Program-made: the position numbers and the translations under genes
The notes under the pieces: generated by a model
Databases searched by the model: none
What the model was told of the DNA's origin: nothing
Seen by the model: the letters and a program-made list of their open reading frames with translations, nothing else
Assembly: GCF_036963705.1 (NCBI RefSeq)
Contig: NZ_JBALUT010000003.1
Span: 4,595 to 68,594, forward strand
Origin: Parasphingorhabdus sp.
Lineage (GTDB): Bacteria; Pseudomonadota; Alphaproteobacteria; Sphingomonadales; Sphingomonadaceae
Length of the DNA: 64,000 nt
Direction: 5' to 3'
Shown: piece after piece, positions 28,521 to 37,018 of the stretch
How the letters are laid out: every line of letters starts with the position of its first letter
Numbering within the stretch: the stretch's first letter is position 1

Positions 28521-30263
28521 TCAGAAAAGCGACTTGAGGTCCTTCTTCAGAATCTTGCCGTTTGCGTTGCGCGGCAGGCTTTCCGTTCTGAACAGGATTT
28601 TCACCGGCACTTTGAAGTTGGCGAGCCGTCCGCGTACCCATGCCTGCAATTCCGCCTCGGTGGCCTGTTGTCCGGGAACCAGCTGCACAATGGCGGCCGG
28701 TTCTTCGCCCAGCATCTTGTGATCGATACCGACAAGAGCGGCGTCCATCACCGCAGGGTGATCGTAGAGGACATTCTCGACCTCGGATGAGTAGATATTC
28801 TCGCCGCCGCGGATGATCATGTCTTTCGCACGGTCGACAATATAGCAGAAGCCTTCGTCATCCAGCCGCGCCAGATCACCGGTACGGACCCAGCCATCGA
28901 CAAAGGTTTCGGCGGTCGCGTCGGGGCGTCTCCAATAGCCTTTGACGACCATCGGTCCGCGCGCCCAAAGTTCACCGACCTCGCCAATCGGCATTTCCTC
29001 GCTGGCATCCTCGCTCATGACTTTCAGGTCGGCAGCCGCCACCGGCGGGCCGCAACTGGTCGGGCGATTGAGATAATCTTCGGCGCTATGGCCTGTAACC
29101 GTCGCCGTTGTTTCGGTCATACCCCAGCCGTTGCCGGGCAGCGCGCCAAAGACTTCAAAGATCTTCCGGGCCAGTTCGGGAGCTGAGGGCGCCCCACCAT
29201 AGCTGATTGAATCGATCGAGCTCAGATCATATTTCTCGCGGTCCGGATGTTCGATCAATTGCCACGCGATAAACGGCACACCGCCGGTCGCGTTGACCTT
29301 TTCCCGTTCGATGATTTCCATTGCCTTTATCGTGTCCCACTTATGCAGGAATATCATCTTGTGACCGCCATGTACGGTGGGCATCATGGTTGCGGAACAT
29401 GCGGTACAATGGAACATCGGTATAACCGTCAAGCCAACACGCACGGTCGGTTCGGGCAGTTCATTTCCCCGACGCAAGGCTCCGACTGTTGCGGCATAGC
29501 CGGAGGAAATCGCGTTGGTTGTCAGGTTGCGATGGCTGCCGAGCGCGCCTTTGGGTTGTCCGGTCGTGCCACTGGTATAGAAAATCGTCGCCGCGTCATC
29601 CGGTGCAATATCGACCGCGGGCAGGTCCTGATCCGGAAGATTGCCATAGTCATTGGGCCGCCCGATAATCGCTTCCAGCGGCCGGGCCGCCGGTGCCAAT
29701 TCGCTTTGGCTGCGAGCCACTATGACATGTTTGAGGTCGGGCAGGTCCGCCAGATGCGGCGAAATCCGGTCCCATCTTTCGGCGTCGCAGAGCAAGACGC
29801 TGGTCTGTGAATTTTCCAGTCCGAAGACCAGTTCCTGATCCGTCCACCAAGCATTGAGCGGCACGACAATGGCGCCGATAGAGGCGGCAGCAAAGAAGAT
29901 CACCGGCCATTCGGGCAGATTGCGCATCGCCAGCGATACCCGGTCACCCTTGGTGACGCCGATGTTCTGCAGCTCCACTGCGAGAGCGGTGACGGCACGA
30001 TACCAGTTGGCATAGGTGACGCGCTCATCTTCGAATATCAGAAATTCGCTATCACCATGACCGCGGGCATGTTCGGCGAGAGCCGCCAGACTGGGATGGG
30101 CGTTTTTCCACACGCGGGTGGCGACACCTTCAATATCGACCATCTCCATTTCAAATGGTTCACCCGGTGCGCATAACAAGGCTTCGATTTCATCACGCGA
30201 CCGCAGCGGCCATCCATTGCTCGGCGTCCACTTTTCCAGTGGATCTATAGCTTGAGTTGCCAA
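28521..30263 (-). CDS. AMP-dependent acyl-CoA synthetase/ligase
   Basis: AMP-binding motifs IFYTSGTTGQPKG, GWGMTE, TGDLARLDDEGFCYIVDRAKDMI and PRNANGKILK. Confidence 0.93.
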   Translation of the reverse strand: MATQAIDPLEKWTPSNGWPLRSRDEIEALLCAPGEPFEMEMVDIEGVATRVWKNAHPSLAALAEHARGHGDSEFLIFEDERVTYANWYRAVTALAVELQNIGVTKGDRVSLAMRNLPEWPVIFFAAASIGAIVVPLNAWWTDQELVFGLENSQTSVLLCDAERWDRISPHLADLPDLKHVIVARSQSELAPAARPLEAIIGRPNDYGNLPDQDLPAVDIAPDDAATIFYTSGTTGQPKGALGSHRNLTTNAISSGYAATVGALRRGNELPEPTVRVGLTVIPMFHCTACSATMMPTVHGGHKMIFLHKWDTIKAMEIIEREKVNATGGVPFIAWQLIEHPDREKYDLSSIDSISYGGAPSAPELARKIFEVFGALPGNGWGMTETTATVTGHSAEDYLNRPTSCGPPVAAADLKVMSEDASEEMPIGEVGELWARGPMVVKGYWRRPDATAETFVDGWVRTGDLARLDDEGFCYIVDRAKDMIIRGGENIYSSEVENVLYDHPAVMDAALVGIDHKMLGEEPAAIVQLVPGQQATEAELQAWVRGRLANFKVPVKILFRTESLPRNANGKILKKDLKSLF

Positions 30264-30283
30264 TTTATTCTCTCCTATTCGAT

Positions 30284-30327
30284 AAACCTAAACCTACCCG
30301 TTTTCGAAAAACCTAAACCTACCCGTT
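30284..30327. repeat. Tandem direct duplication (19-bp identical core, 25-bp period) spanning the stop codon of the hydratase/dehydrogenase gene
   Basis: aaacctaaacctacccgtt occurs at 30284-30302 and again at 30309-30327. The second copy contains the TAG stop (30319-30321, minus strand). Confidence 0.85.
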
Positions 30328-32355
30328 GAACTTTTCGCCTTTGCTCGCCTTGTCCCGGAGCATATCGGCGACCGGCAGGTTGTGCTTCTCGAGTCCGGCA
30401 ACGACCTTGTCGAGTCCGACGGTATCGGCCCAGAACATCGGGCCACCGGTGTAAAGCGGCCAGCCATAACCGTTGATCCAGACGACATCGATGTCGCTCG
30501 CGCGCTGTGCCATGCCTTCTTCCAGGATCTTGGCTCCTTCATTGACCATCGGGTAAAGAAGCCGCTCGCGAATCTCGTCCTTTGAAATCTCACGCTGTTC
30601 CTTGCCCGCCTTGGCCGCAAATTCGGCGATGATCTGTTTGACTTCGTCAGCAGGCGTCCGTTGACGCGCCTGATCATAATCATAAAATCCCTTGCCGACC
30701 TTCTGGCCCCAGCGTCCGACCGCACAAAGCGCATCGCGCATTGTTTCGATGCGGGCCGGGTCACGATGCCACCCGATATCGACACCGGCCAGATCGGACA
30801 TCTGGAACGGTCCCATCGGGAATCCGAATTCGAGCAGGACGTCGTCGACTTCCCAGTAATTGGCGCCTTCCATAAGCATCGCATTGGCCTGTTCCTGACG
30901 CGGGCTGAGCATCCGGTTGCCGATAAAGCCAGGGCAGACACCCGAAACTGCCGCAACTTTGCCGATTTTCTTCGACAGTTTCATCGCCGTCATCAGGACA
31001 TCATCTGCAGTCTTCTCGCCGCGAACGATTTCCAGCAATTTCATCACATTGGCCGGAGAGAAAAAGTGCAGACCCAGAACATATTCGGGTCGCTTGGTCA
31101 TCGCCGCAATCTCGTTGATATTGAGGTAGCTGGTGTTGCTGGCGAGGATCGCGCCCTGTTTGACGATAGCGTCAAGCTTGGTGAACACTTCCTTTTTGAC
31201 ATCCATATTCTCAAACACCGCTTCGATCACTAGGTCACAATCGGCGAGGTCGTCGTAAGACAGACTAGGCGTCAATATGCTCATCGCATCTTCGACCTGC
31301 TGCTCTGTCATGCGTCCGCGCTTGGCGGTATTTTCATAATTTTTGCGGATCACGCCAACACCGCGATCCAGCGCTTCTTCTTTGAGCTCGACAATTGTCA
31401 CCGGAATGCCAGCAGACAAAAAGTTCATGCCGATGCCGCCGCCCATGGTGCCGGCACCCAAAATACCGACTTTCTTGATCGGGATCAGGTCGATTTTCGG
31501 ATCAATGCCATCAATCTTGTTGGCAGCCCGTTCGGCAAAGAAATAATGCTGCATGGCAGCCGCCTGGGTGCCTGACATCAATTTGGCGAACAGCTCGCGC
31601 TCTTTCGCCACGCCATCGGCATAGGAAAGTTCGCCCGCCGCTTTGACCGCCTGGATGCCTGCTTCGGGCGCATCGAAGCCACGAATCTTGCGCCCGTTTT
31701 GCTGACGGAACTCGTCGAATATGGCCGGGTTCTTGATGCCGTCTTGGTTGGCGGTACCTTCGGACGAACGCGGCGGTGCCTTGCCAATTTGTTCGCGGGC
31801 AAAGGCTATCGCTTCATCAGCCAGACTGTCCTCACCAACGATCTTGTCGATCAGGCCGATGCCATGGGCCTTTGTCGCCGAAATCGGGTTGCCGATCACG
31901 ACCATCGGCAGGGCGGCTTCTGCGCCAACCACCCGCGGCAAACGCTGGGTTCCGGCGGCGCCGGGGATCAATCCCAATTTGACTTCCGGCAAGCCTATTT
32001 TTGCTGACGGAACCGCAACCCGGTAATGACAAGCCAAAGCGACTTCGCAACCTCCGCCTAGTGCGGTGCCGTGGATCGCCGCAACAACCGGCTTGCTGCT
32101 GGCCTCCAGCTGGTCAAGCGCTTCGCCCAGATTCGGACCCTTCATCGGCTTGCCGAATTCGGTGATATCGGCACCTGCAAAAAAAGTCCGTCCGTCACAG
32201 CGGATAACCACGGCCTCGACGCTATCGTCTGAAAGCGCCTCGCTGATGCCGTCCACCAATCCCTGGCGTACCGCAGCACCGAGCGCATTTACCGGAGGAT
32301 TATTGGAAATAATGACCAGAATATTGCCATGTTTTTCAGTGGTAACGACAGACAT
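30319..32355 (-). CDS. Bifunctional enoyl-CoA hydratase / 3-hydroxyacyl-CoA dehydrogenase (FadB/FadJ-like)
   Basis: 678 aa with an N-terminal crotonase fold ([10 protein letters not shown]) and a central NAD-binding motif [13 protein letters not shown]. Confidence 0.95.
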   Translation of the reverse strand: MSVVTTEKHGNILVIISNNPPVNALGAAVRQGLVDGISEALSDDSVEAVVIRCDGRTFFAGADITEFGKPMKGPNLGEALDQLEASSKPVVAAIHGTALGGGCEVALACHYRVAVPSAKIGLPEVKLGLIPGAAGTQRLPRVVGAEAALPMVVIGNPISATKAHGIGLIDKIVGEDSLADEAIAFAREQIGKAPPRSSEGTANQDGIKNPAIFDEFRQQNGRKIRGFDAPEAGIQAVKAAGELSYADGVAKERELFAKLMSGTQAAAMQHYFFAERAANKIDGIDPKIDLIPIKKVGILGAGTMGGGIGMNFLSAGIPVTIVELKEEALDRGVGVIRKNYENTAKRGRMTEQQVEDAMSILTPSLSYDDLADCDLVIEAVFENMDVKKEVFTKLDAIVKQGAILASNTSYLNINEIAAMTKRPEYVLGLHFFSPANVMKLLEIVRGEKTADDVLMTAMKLSKKIGKVAAVSGVCPGFIGNRMLSPRQEQANAMLMEGANYWEVDDVLLEFGFPMGPFQMSDLAGVDIGWHRDPARIETMRDALCAVGRWGQKVGKGFYDYDQARQRTPADEVKQIIAEFAAKAGKEQREISKDEIRERLLYPMVNEGAKILEEGMAQRASDIDVVWINGYGWPLYTGGPMFWADTVGLDKVVAGLEKHNLPVADMLRDKASKGEKFNG

Positions 32356-32595
32356 TTTTTTCTCCTAAAGGACCATGCTTTCGTGGCGAAGCATTGTGAC
32401 TCAGCATGATGATAAACCGCGATTATCGGGTAAACGGACGGGATATCACAAAGGCTAAGGATTTGAAAACAGGCTTTTGCCGCAACCCGGCCCGAGAGGG
32501 TATTTTTATGCGTTTTACCTTTAGATGGCTATCTCGATAAATTGCAGACTACGTTACGGCATCATCGGTTTGCGCATCGACAGCCATGTTCCCCG

Positions 32596-32886
32596 TCAGC
32601 TTGATTGTCTGTTGACACCGACATTCCCAGACGATTTTCTCTGCCCATCGTTGCCCAGCGGTTTCAGGAGCGTCTTATCCACAATCATGCCAGCCTTGAA
32701 TCTGACATTTTCGATCTCAGCTTCCACCTCCGAAGCGACGAGTGAAAATCGCCTTAATGCTGATCTCAAACTGTCAGTCTTCAAAGATCACCAAATCTCA
32801 TTCCTGCCAATCAGCTTGCGAACATCAGTTGGAACCCGTCGTCGATAATAGAACTGACTGCCCCTCAACGCCATTCCTGAAGGCAT
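32596..32886 (-). pseudogene. Remnant of a tyrosine integrase (N-terminal part only, with an in-frame stop)
   Basis: MPSGMALRGSQFYYRRRVPTDVRKLIGRNEIW-TGA-SLKTDSLRSALRRF... is the typical integrase N-terminal motif (Y.RRRVP.D....G..EI..SL.T). The reading frame continues in phase after TGA 32788-32790, and no catalytic domain follows. Confidence 0.65.
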
Positions 32887-32888
32887 TT

Positions 32889-32923
32889 TGTGTAGCAGGT
32901 TTGTGTAGCAGTTCTGTGTAGCA
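32889..32923. repeat. Three direct copies of TGTGTAGCA at 13-bp spacing
   Basis: Copies at 32889-32897, 32902-32910 and 32915-32923, between the tRNA fragment and the integrase-remnant ATG. A near copy (tgtgtagcg) sits at 33284-33292. Confidence 0.85.
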
Positions 32924-32985
32924 AACGCTGTTTTGGGACCGTTTCTCCAACGATTGGATAGATATTTCAAGGGATTGGGAAAAAG

Positions 32986-33030
32986 TGGTGCCGCTTAGAG
33001 GATTCGAACCTCTGACCCCCGCATTACGAA
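32986..33030 (-). repeat. 45-bp copy of the 3' end of tRNA-Thr(CGU) (distal att repeat of the island)
   Basis: tggtgccgcttagaggattcgaacctctgacccccgcattacgaa is identical to 49736-49780 (CCA end back into the anticodon loop). The sequences diverge immediately outside. Confidence 0.92.
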
Positions 33031-33356
33031 ATCTTCTCAATCAAGTGCAGCTTATAAGGATTACGATACATTACTCCAATAAGCTGGCTGGCGTGTTCGC
33101 TTTTACCCACGAAATTCCCATAGTGCGTAATCGGCCGGTGTGGGTGCTTTCGGTTGAAAACGCTTTTGGCTCATTAGATTCCCGAATTTGGCCCACGGTG
33201 GGCCGACACTGCGATGACAATGGGTGGCGAGTAGTCATTTGAAGAGTCATTTTCAGATGACTGCTCTTGGGCCGGTCCAGTGCTGTGTAGCGGGTCCAAC
33301 TTGCGGACGTAGAATGATCGCATTGGAGGCTTTGCGCAATCTGTTTGGACTGAGCT

Positions 33357-34667
33357 TCAGGAAGGATGCAAGATAGCAGCAATCTCTCCGTCGATCCAAT
33401 CAGCTGCAGCATTATAGCCTGTCCGCAAATATATCGCCTTGGATTTTTCGAGAAGATCGATGGCTTGATCAAAATGTTCTTTATCCGTTGCTTCGGCGGC
33501 GATTATTAGCCCTTCAACGCGCGCCATCAATGCCTCATCAGCACGCAATCCGCTCTGCTCAATAATAACTTTCGCCATCTTAAGATACTTCTTCGCCTTG
33601 GTTAAATCTCTACGCTCATAGTAAAGATATGCCAATAAAAGCTCACTTTGCGCGCTGTCTCTCCCAAATCCATATTTTGTCCTTATCTCTGCATCAAATT
33701 CCAATAGACTGGCTATAACTTCAAAATTGACGGCTTTAGGTTTTAGCCGATGAATTTCAGATGCAATGTTTGCGAGATTGAACGCAATATTTTGGATCAA
33801 AATAATGTCACCGGAAAAAATGCCAAACTTAGCCGCATCCGATATTTGCCCTAAAGCCTCATCCACTTTACCAAGGCGACGAAGCAAAATCCCAAGAGCA
33901 TTTTTCAAGATAGCGATTGATAAAAAGTCACCCGAACCCGCCAAAGTGGCTAGATATTGGCGGAAAATATTTTCTAACTTATTCCATTCGTTTGAATTGG
34001 CATGAAGGGCATAAGCTGCAACTCGGCGAAATTCTATAGCACGGACGAATGGATCAATCGGTAATTTACTGGAAGGAAATATGGGTATTGTGGATTCTGC
34101 GATACGTTGTTCAAGCCTAGTGAGCAAAACGTTGCTTATCGCGAGTTGCTCATCATCATGCACATGCAACAAGTCGTCACGAAGCTTTGTATAGCCGTTT
34201 CGTGCGTCTCCGCTGGTTAACGCCACCAACGCCTTAAAGTTAACGGCATACCAAAACAGCAGTTCATTTTGTTCTTCAGTTGTCCGTTTGCCGGATTTAA
34301 GCTGTTTCGCATTCAATAGTTCTTTTGCTCTCTGGATATCTGTTTCTAAAATAGATGCGCGGAATTCATCGCTCAGACCCCAACCATCTGTCTTTCGGCT
34401 CGTGCTTAGCAATGAAATCCCTTTTTGGTTCAGTGATTCTAGGAATCGTGCAATCTGCTTTCCAGCGGATAACGGCTTGTTCGCCGACCAACTTTCGAGT
34501 GCTACTAAATCGTGACGTGTTACCAACGTATCGGGCGACCTACAAATCAGCAAACATAAAAAGTCTACGAATTTTGATTTCACCCTTACATTTACTCCGC
34601 CCTGAGACAGAACAAACTCTTCACCAAAAAGACCAATGATTGGCTTATTCTCATTCAATAAGTTCAT
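33357..34667 (-). CDS. Putative transcriptional regulator: N-terminal OmpR/CadC-like winged helix plus helical-repeat (TPR-like) region
   Basis: The N-terminus LFGEEFVLSQGGVNVRVKSKFVDFLCLLICRSPDTLVTRHDLVALESW fits the wHTH pattern (L..ke..lL.lL..n.g.vvsr..L....W). The remainder is helical-repeat-like. AGGAG lies 12 nt upstream of ATG 34667. Assignment is by eye. Confidence 0.5.
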   Translation of the reverse strand: MNLLNENKPIIGLFGEEFVLSQGGVNVRVKSKFVDFLCLLICRSPDTLVTRHDLVALESWSANKPLSAGKQIARFLESLNQKGISLLSTSRKTDGWGLSDEFRASILETDIQRAKELLNAKQLKSGKRTTEEQNELLFWYAVNFKALVALTSGDARNGYTKLRDDLLHVHDDEQLAISNVLLTRLEQRIAESTIPIFPSSKLPIDPFVRAIEFRRVAAYALHANSNEWNKLENIFRQYLATLAGSGDFLSIAILKNALGILLRRLGKVDEALGQISDAAKFGIFSGDIILIQNIAFNLANIASEIHRLKPKAVNFEVIASLLEFDAEIRTKYGFGRDSAQSELLLAYLYYERRDLTKAKKYLKMAKVIIEQSGLRADEALMARVEGLIIAAEATDKEHFDQAIDLLEKSKAIYLRTGYNAAADWIDGEIAAILHPS

Positions 34668-34699
34668 TGGTTTGGCATTCTCCTAAATCTGATGTTACT

Positions 34700-34715
34700 G
34701 TGAATTATAGTGAAT
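34700..34715. promoter_or_regulatory. Direct repeat GTGAAT-N4-GTGAAT in the divergent regulator/TPS intergenic region
   Basis: gtgaatTATAgtgaat has a 10-bp period. A perfect 12-bp palindrome GGTTAGCTAACC lies at 34771-34782. Confidence 0.3.
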
Positions 34716-34807
34716 ATCAATAACTAGGTTAACTCTACTTGCTTAGGCTGGGGGCTCACAAAAATTGTTCGGTTAGCTAACCCCCCGCAAATATCTGCCG
34801 AGCAAAA

Positions 34808-35230
34808 ATGGGGGTATCTATGCGTATACTTATAGCTTTTATTACGATGTTGTCGCTAACCGCTTGCTCATCGGTTGGCATGATTGCCAGTCCCCAGCGA
34901 GAGTTCAATACCACCGAAACCTTGCAGTTAGCATCCAGGCCAGCCAATTTCGTCGATACGGTAGTTGAGGTTGGAAAGTCCCTGAACTACGAATACGCAG
35001 GCGGAGATCGCTCCAAGAACATCATTAACTTTACGGATAACACTGGACTTGGAATGGGCGTGTTAATTGGAAAAGTTTCCCAAAACAGGTTGACGGTTTC
35101 CCTTGCCCCCGACGGACGGTCAGTGAAATTCGATCTAAATTCGTTTGGCAATTTCTCAACTGCCAATGAAGAAAAAATTTCGGAACGCATAGGTGAGTTT
35201 AAAAACGCACTGCAAACCAATCTCCGGTAG
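34808..35230 (+). CDS. Hypothetical lipoprotein, first gene of the TPS locus
   Basis: MRILIAFITMLSLTAC lipobox (alternative start ATG 34820). No recognisable domain. Confidence 0.6.
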   Translation: MGVSMRILIAFITMLSLTACSSVGMIASPQREFNTTETLQLASRPANFVDTVVEVGKSLNYEYAGGDRSKNIINFTDNTGLGMGVLIGKVSQNRLTVSLAPDGRSVKFDLNSFGNFSTANEEKISERIGEFKNALQTNLR

Positions 35231-35267
35231 CGGGCCGCAATTGTTGATGCGGTCATATGAATAATTC

Positions 35268-37007
35268 GTGATTTTTAGGGGGTATAGCGTGCATCGAAGA
35301 TATCTAGTGCCTTTATTTTTGATATGCGGCGTCTCGACACCTGCTTATGCGCAGGATGCCGGGTCACTTTTAAAAGATCGAGAACAAGGTCTATCCCCGA
35401 ATTTACCGAAATCGCTGCCCGAAGATCAGAGCGAAGTCCTACAAGCTCAACCATCGTCAGTGCAACAATCGGAAGAAATGGTCACAATCCGGACGGTGCG
35501 ATTTACGGGCAAGAAAGAGCTCCTGAGCGACGGACAGCGTGCTCAACTTGCAGCACTTGTCGAAGATAAAAAGGTCGGTTTTTCTCAACTTCGGTCGCTC
35601 GCGGAGGCGACTAGTACTGCATTACGGCAGAATGGATATATTCTTGCTCGGGCTGTCCTCCCGCCACAAGAAGCCACCGATGGAGTGCTTACCATCGACA
35701 TCGTCGAGGGGCAGTTAGGTGACATCAGCTTTAATTATGGGGAACAAGTGCGCATCCGCCATGGCTTGATAGAGAGCATCATCGATCAGCATTTGGATCG
35801 TCAGCGACTTAACAAAGCCGATCTTGAATCAGCGCTTTTGCGTGTCGGTGATTTGCCGGGCGTCACTGCTCGATCGCGATTAGCGCCCGGCACGACTAAC
35901 GGAACGAGTAATCTTGTCATCGACGTTACAGAACAGCCAGTTTTTGCGGGATCATTTTTTGGTGATAATTTCGGCAGTCCCAGCACAGGACGGGCGCAAG
36001 GTCACGCGCAACTAGCCTTTTCCGATATCGCCGGAATCGGTGATTACTCAAGGCTCGGTCTTTCAATTTCCGAAGGTCAACGCTTTCTGTCAGCATCATT
36101 ATCTGCGCCAATTTCTTCGAGCGGCCTCAGCGCCACCATTGACTATGCTTATCTGACATACAAAAATCAGGATGTGTTGGGCAAAGCCGCTGGTTTGGAC
36201 GGAAATGCCCATTATGGTGGTGTGAGTTTGGACTATCAAGCCATCAGAACTCGCAACGCGAATCTTCGATTTTCTGCTGCCTTAGATGGTAAAACGCTTG
36301 TGGACGATTCAACCGGAGGGAGACTCTCTGACAAACGAGTTTTGTCGGGCACATTGGGCATGTCGGGTGATGTCAGTGATTCCTTTCTGGGGGGCAGTGT
36401 TACTCAGCTTTCGTTGTCATGGACTATGGGTGATCTCGACCTTTCCCGGGTACCTTTTTCAGAGCTCGTCGATTTCTTAACCCTGCAAACGCAGGGCCGA
36501 TTTAACCGGATCAATGTGGACATGGTCCGCCTACAAAAGCTTTACGGTAATTTTTCGCTTCTCACCCGAATGTCTGGTCAGTGGGCCAGCAAAAATCTGG
36601 ATTCCTCAGAGTCCATCTCGCTGGGTGGACCATACGGCGTGCGTGGCTGGCCCGTCGGAGAAGGACGAGGCGATATGGGGCTGCAAGGAACTATGGAATT
36701 GCGTTACGATTTGCCATCCCCCCCCAAATTAGGCGCATTTCAACTCTCTGCCTTTGTCGATGCAGGCCGGCTACGGATTAATGAAAATACCAATGGTATT
36801 CCGTTCGTAAATGCCTGTTCATGCAATAGCTACTCTCTCAGTAGTGCGGGTGTTGGCATGTCCTGGCAGCACAAGAACTTTGGTCTTTCGGCCAGTTGGG
36901 CGCACGGCCTTGGCTCCAATCCCGGACGCAATGCGTTCAATGGCTCAAACGTCGATGGCGATAGCGACCGCCAGCAATTTTGGCTCTCTGGCTCGATCAA
37001 ATTTTAA
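35268..37007 (+). CDS. TpsB: ShlB/FhaC/HecB family outer-membrane secretion/activation protein
   Basis: Signal peptide (...STPAYAQD), POTRA region (VRFTGKKELLS...GVLTIDIVEGQLGDISF), beta-barrel ending in ...WLSGSIKF. GTG start at 35268 or 35289. Confidence 0.9.
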   Translation: MIFRGYSVHRRYLVPLFLICGVSTPAYAQDAGSLLKDREQGLSPNLPKSLPEDQSEVLQAQPSSVQQSEEMVTIRTVRFTGKKELLSDGQRAQLAALVEDKKVGFSQLRSLAEATSTALRQNGYILARAVLPPQEATDGVLTIDIVEGQLGDISFNYGEQVRIRHGLIESIIDQHLDRQRLNKADLESALLRVGDLPGVTARSRLAPGTTNGTSNLVIDVTEQPVFAGSFFGDNFGSPSTGRAQGHAQLAFSDIAGIGDYSRLGLSISEGQRFLSASLSAPISSSGLSATIDYAYLTYKNQDVLGKAAGLDGNAHYGGVSLDYQAIRTRNANLRFSAALDGKTLVDDSTGGRLSDKRVLSGTLGMSGDVSDSFLGGSVTQLSLSWTMGDLDLSRVPFSELVDFLTLQTQGRFNRINVDMVRLQKLYGNFSLLTRMSGQWASKNLDSSESISLGGPYGVRGWPVGEGRGDMGLQGTMELRYDLPSPPKLGAFQLSAFVDAGRLRINENTNGIPFVNACSCNSYSLSSAGVGMSWQHKNFGLSASWAHGLGSNPGRNAFNGSNVDGDSDRQQFWLSGSIKF

Positions 37008-37018
37008 AGGTGGGTATA

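Noticed and set aside
32985-33242. ORFs starting MVPLRGFEPLTPALR (also 49597-49800, 32825-33040 and 49632-49865)
   Set aside because: They translate the tRNA-Thr sequence and its 45-bp copy. The shared peptide simply reflects the att repeat.
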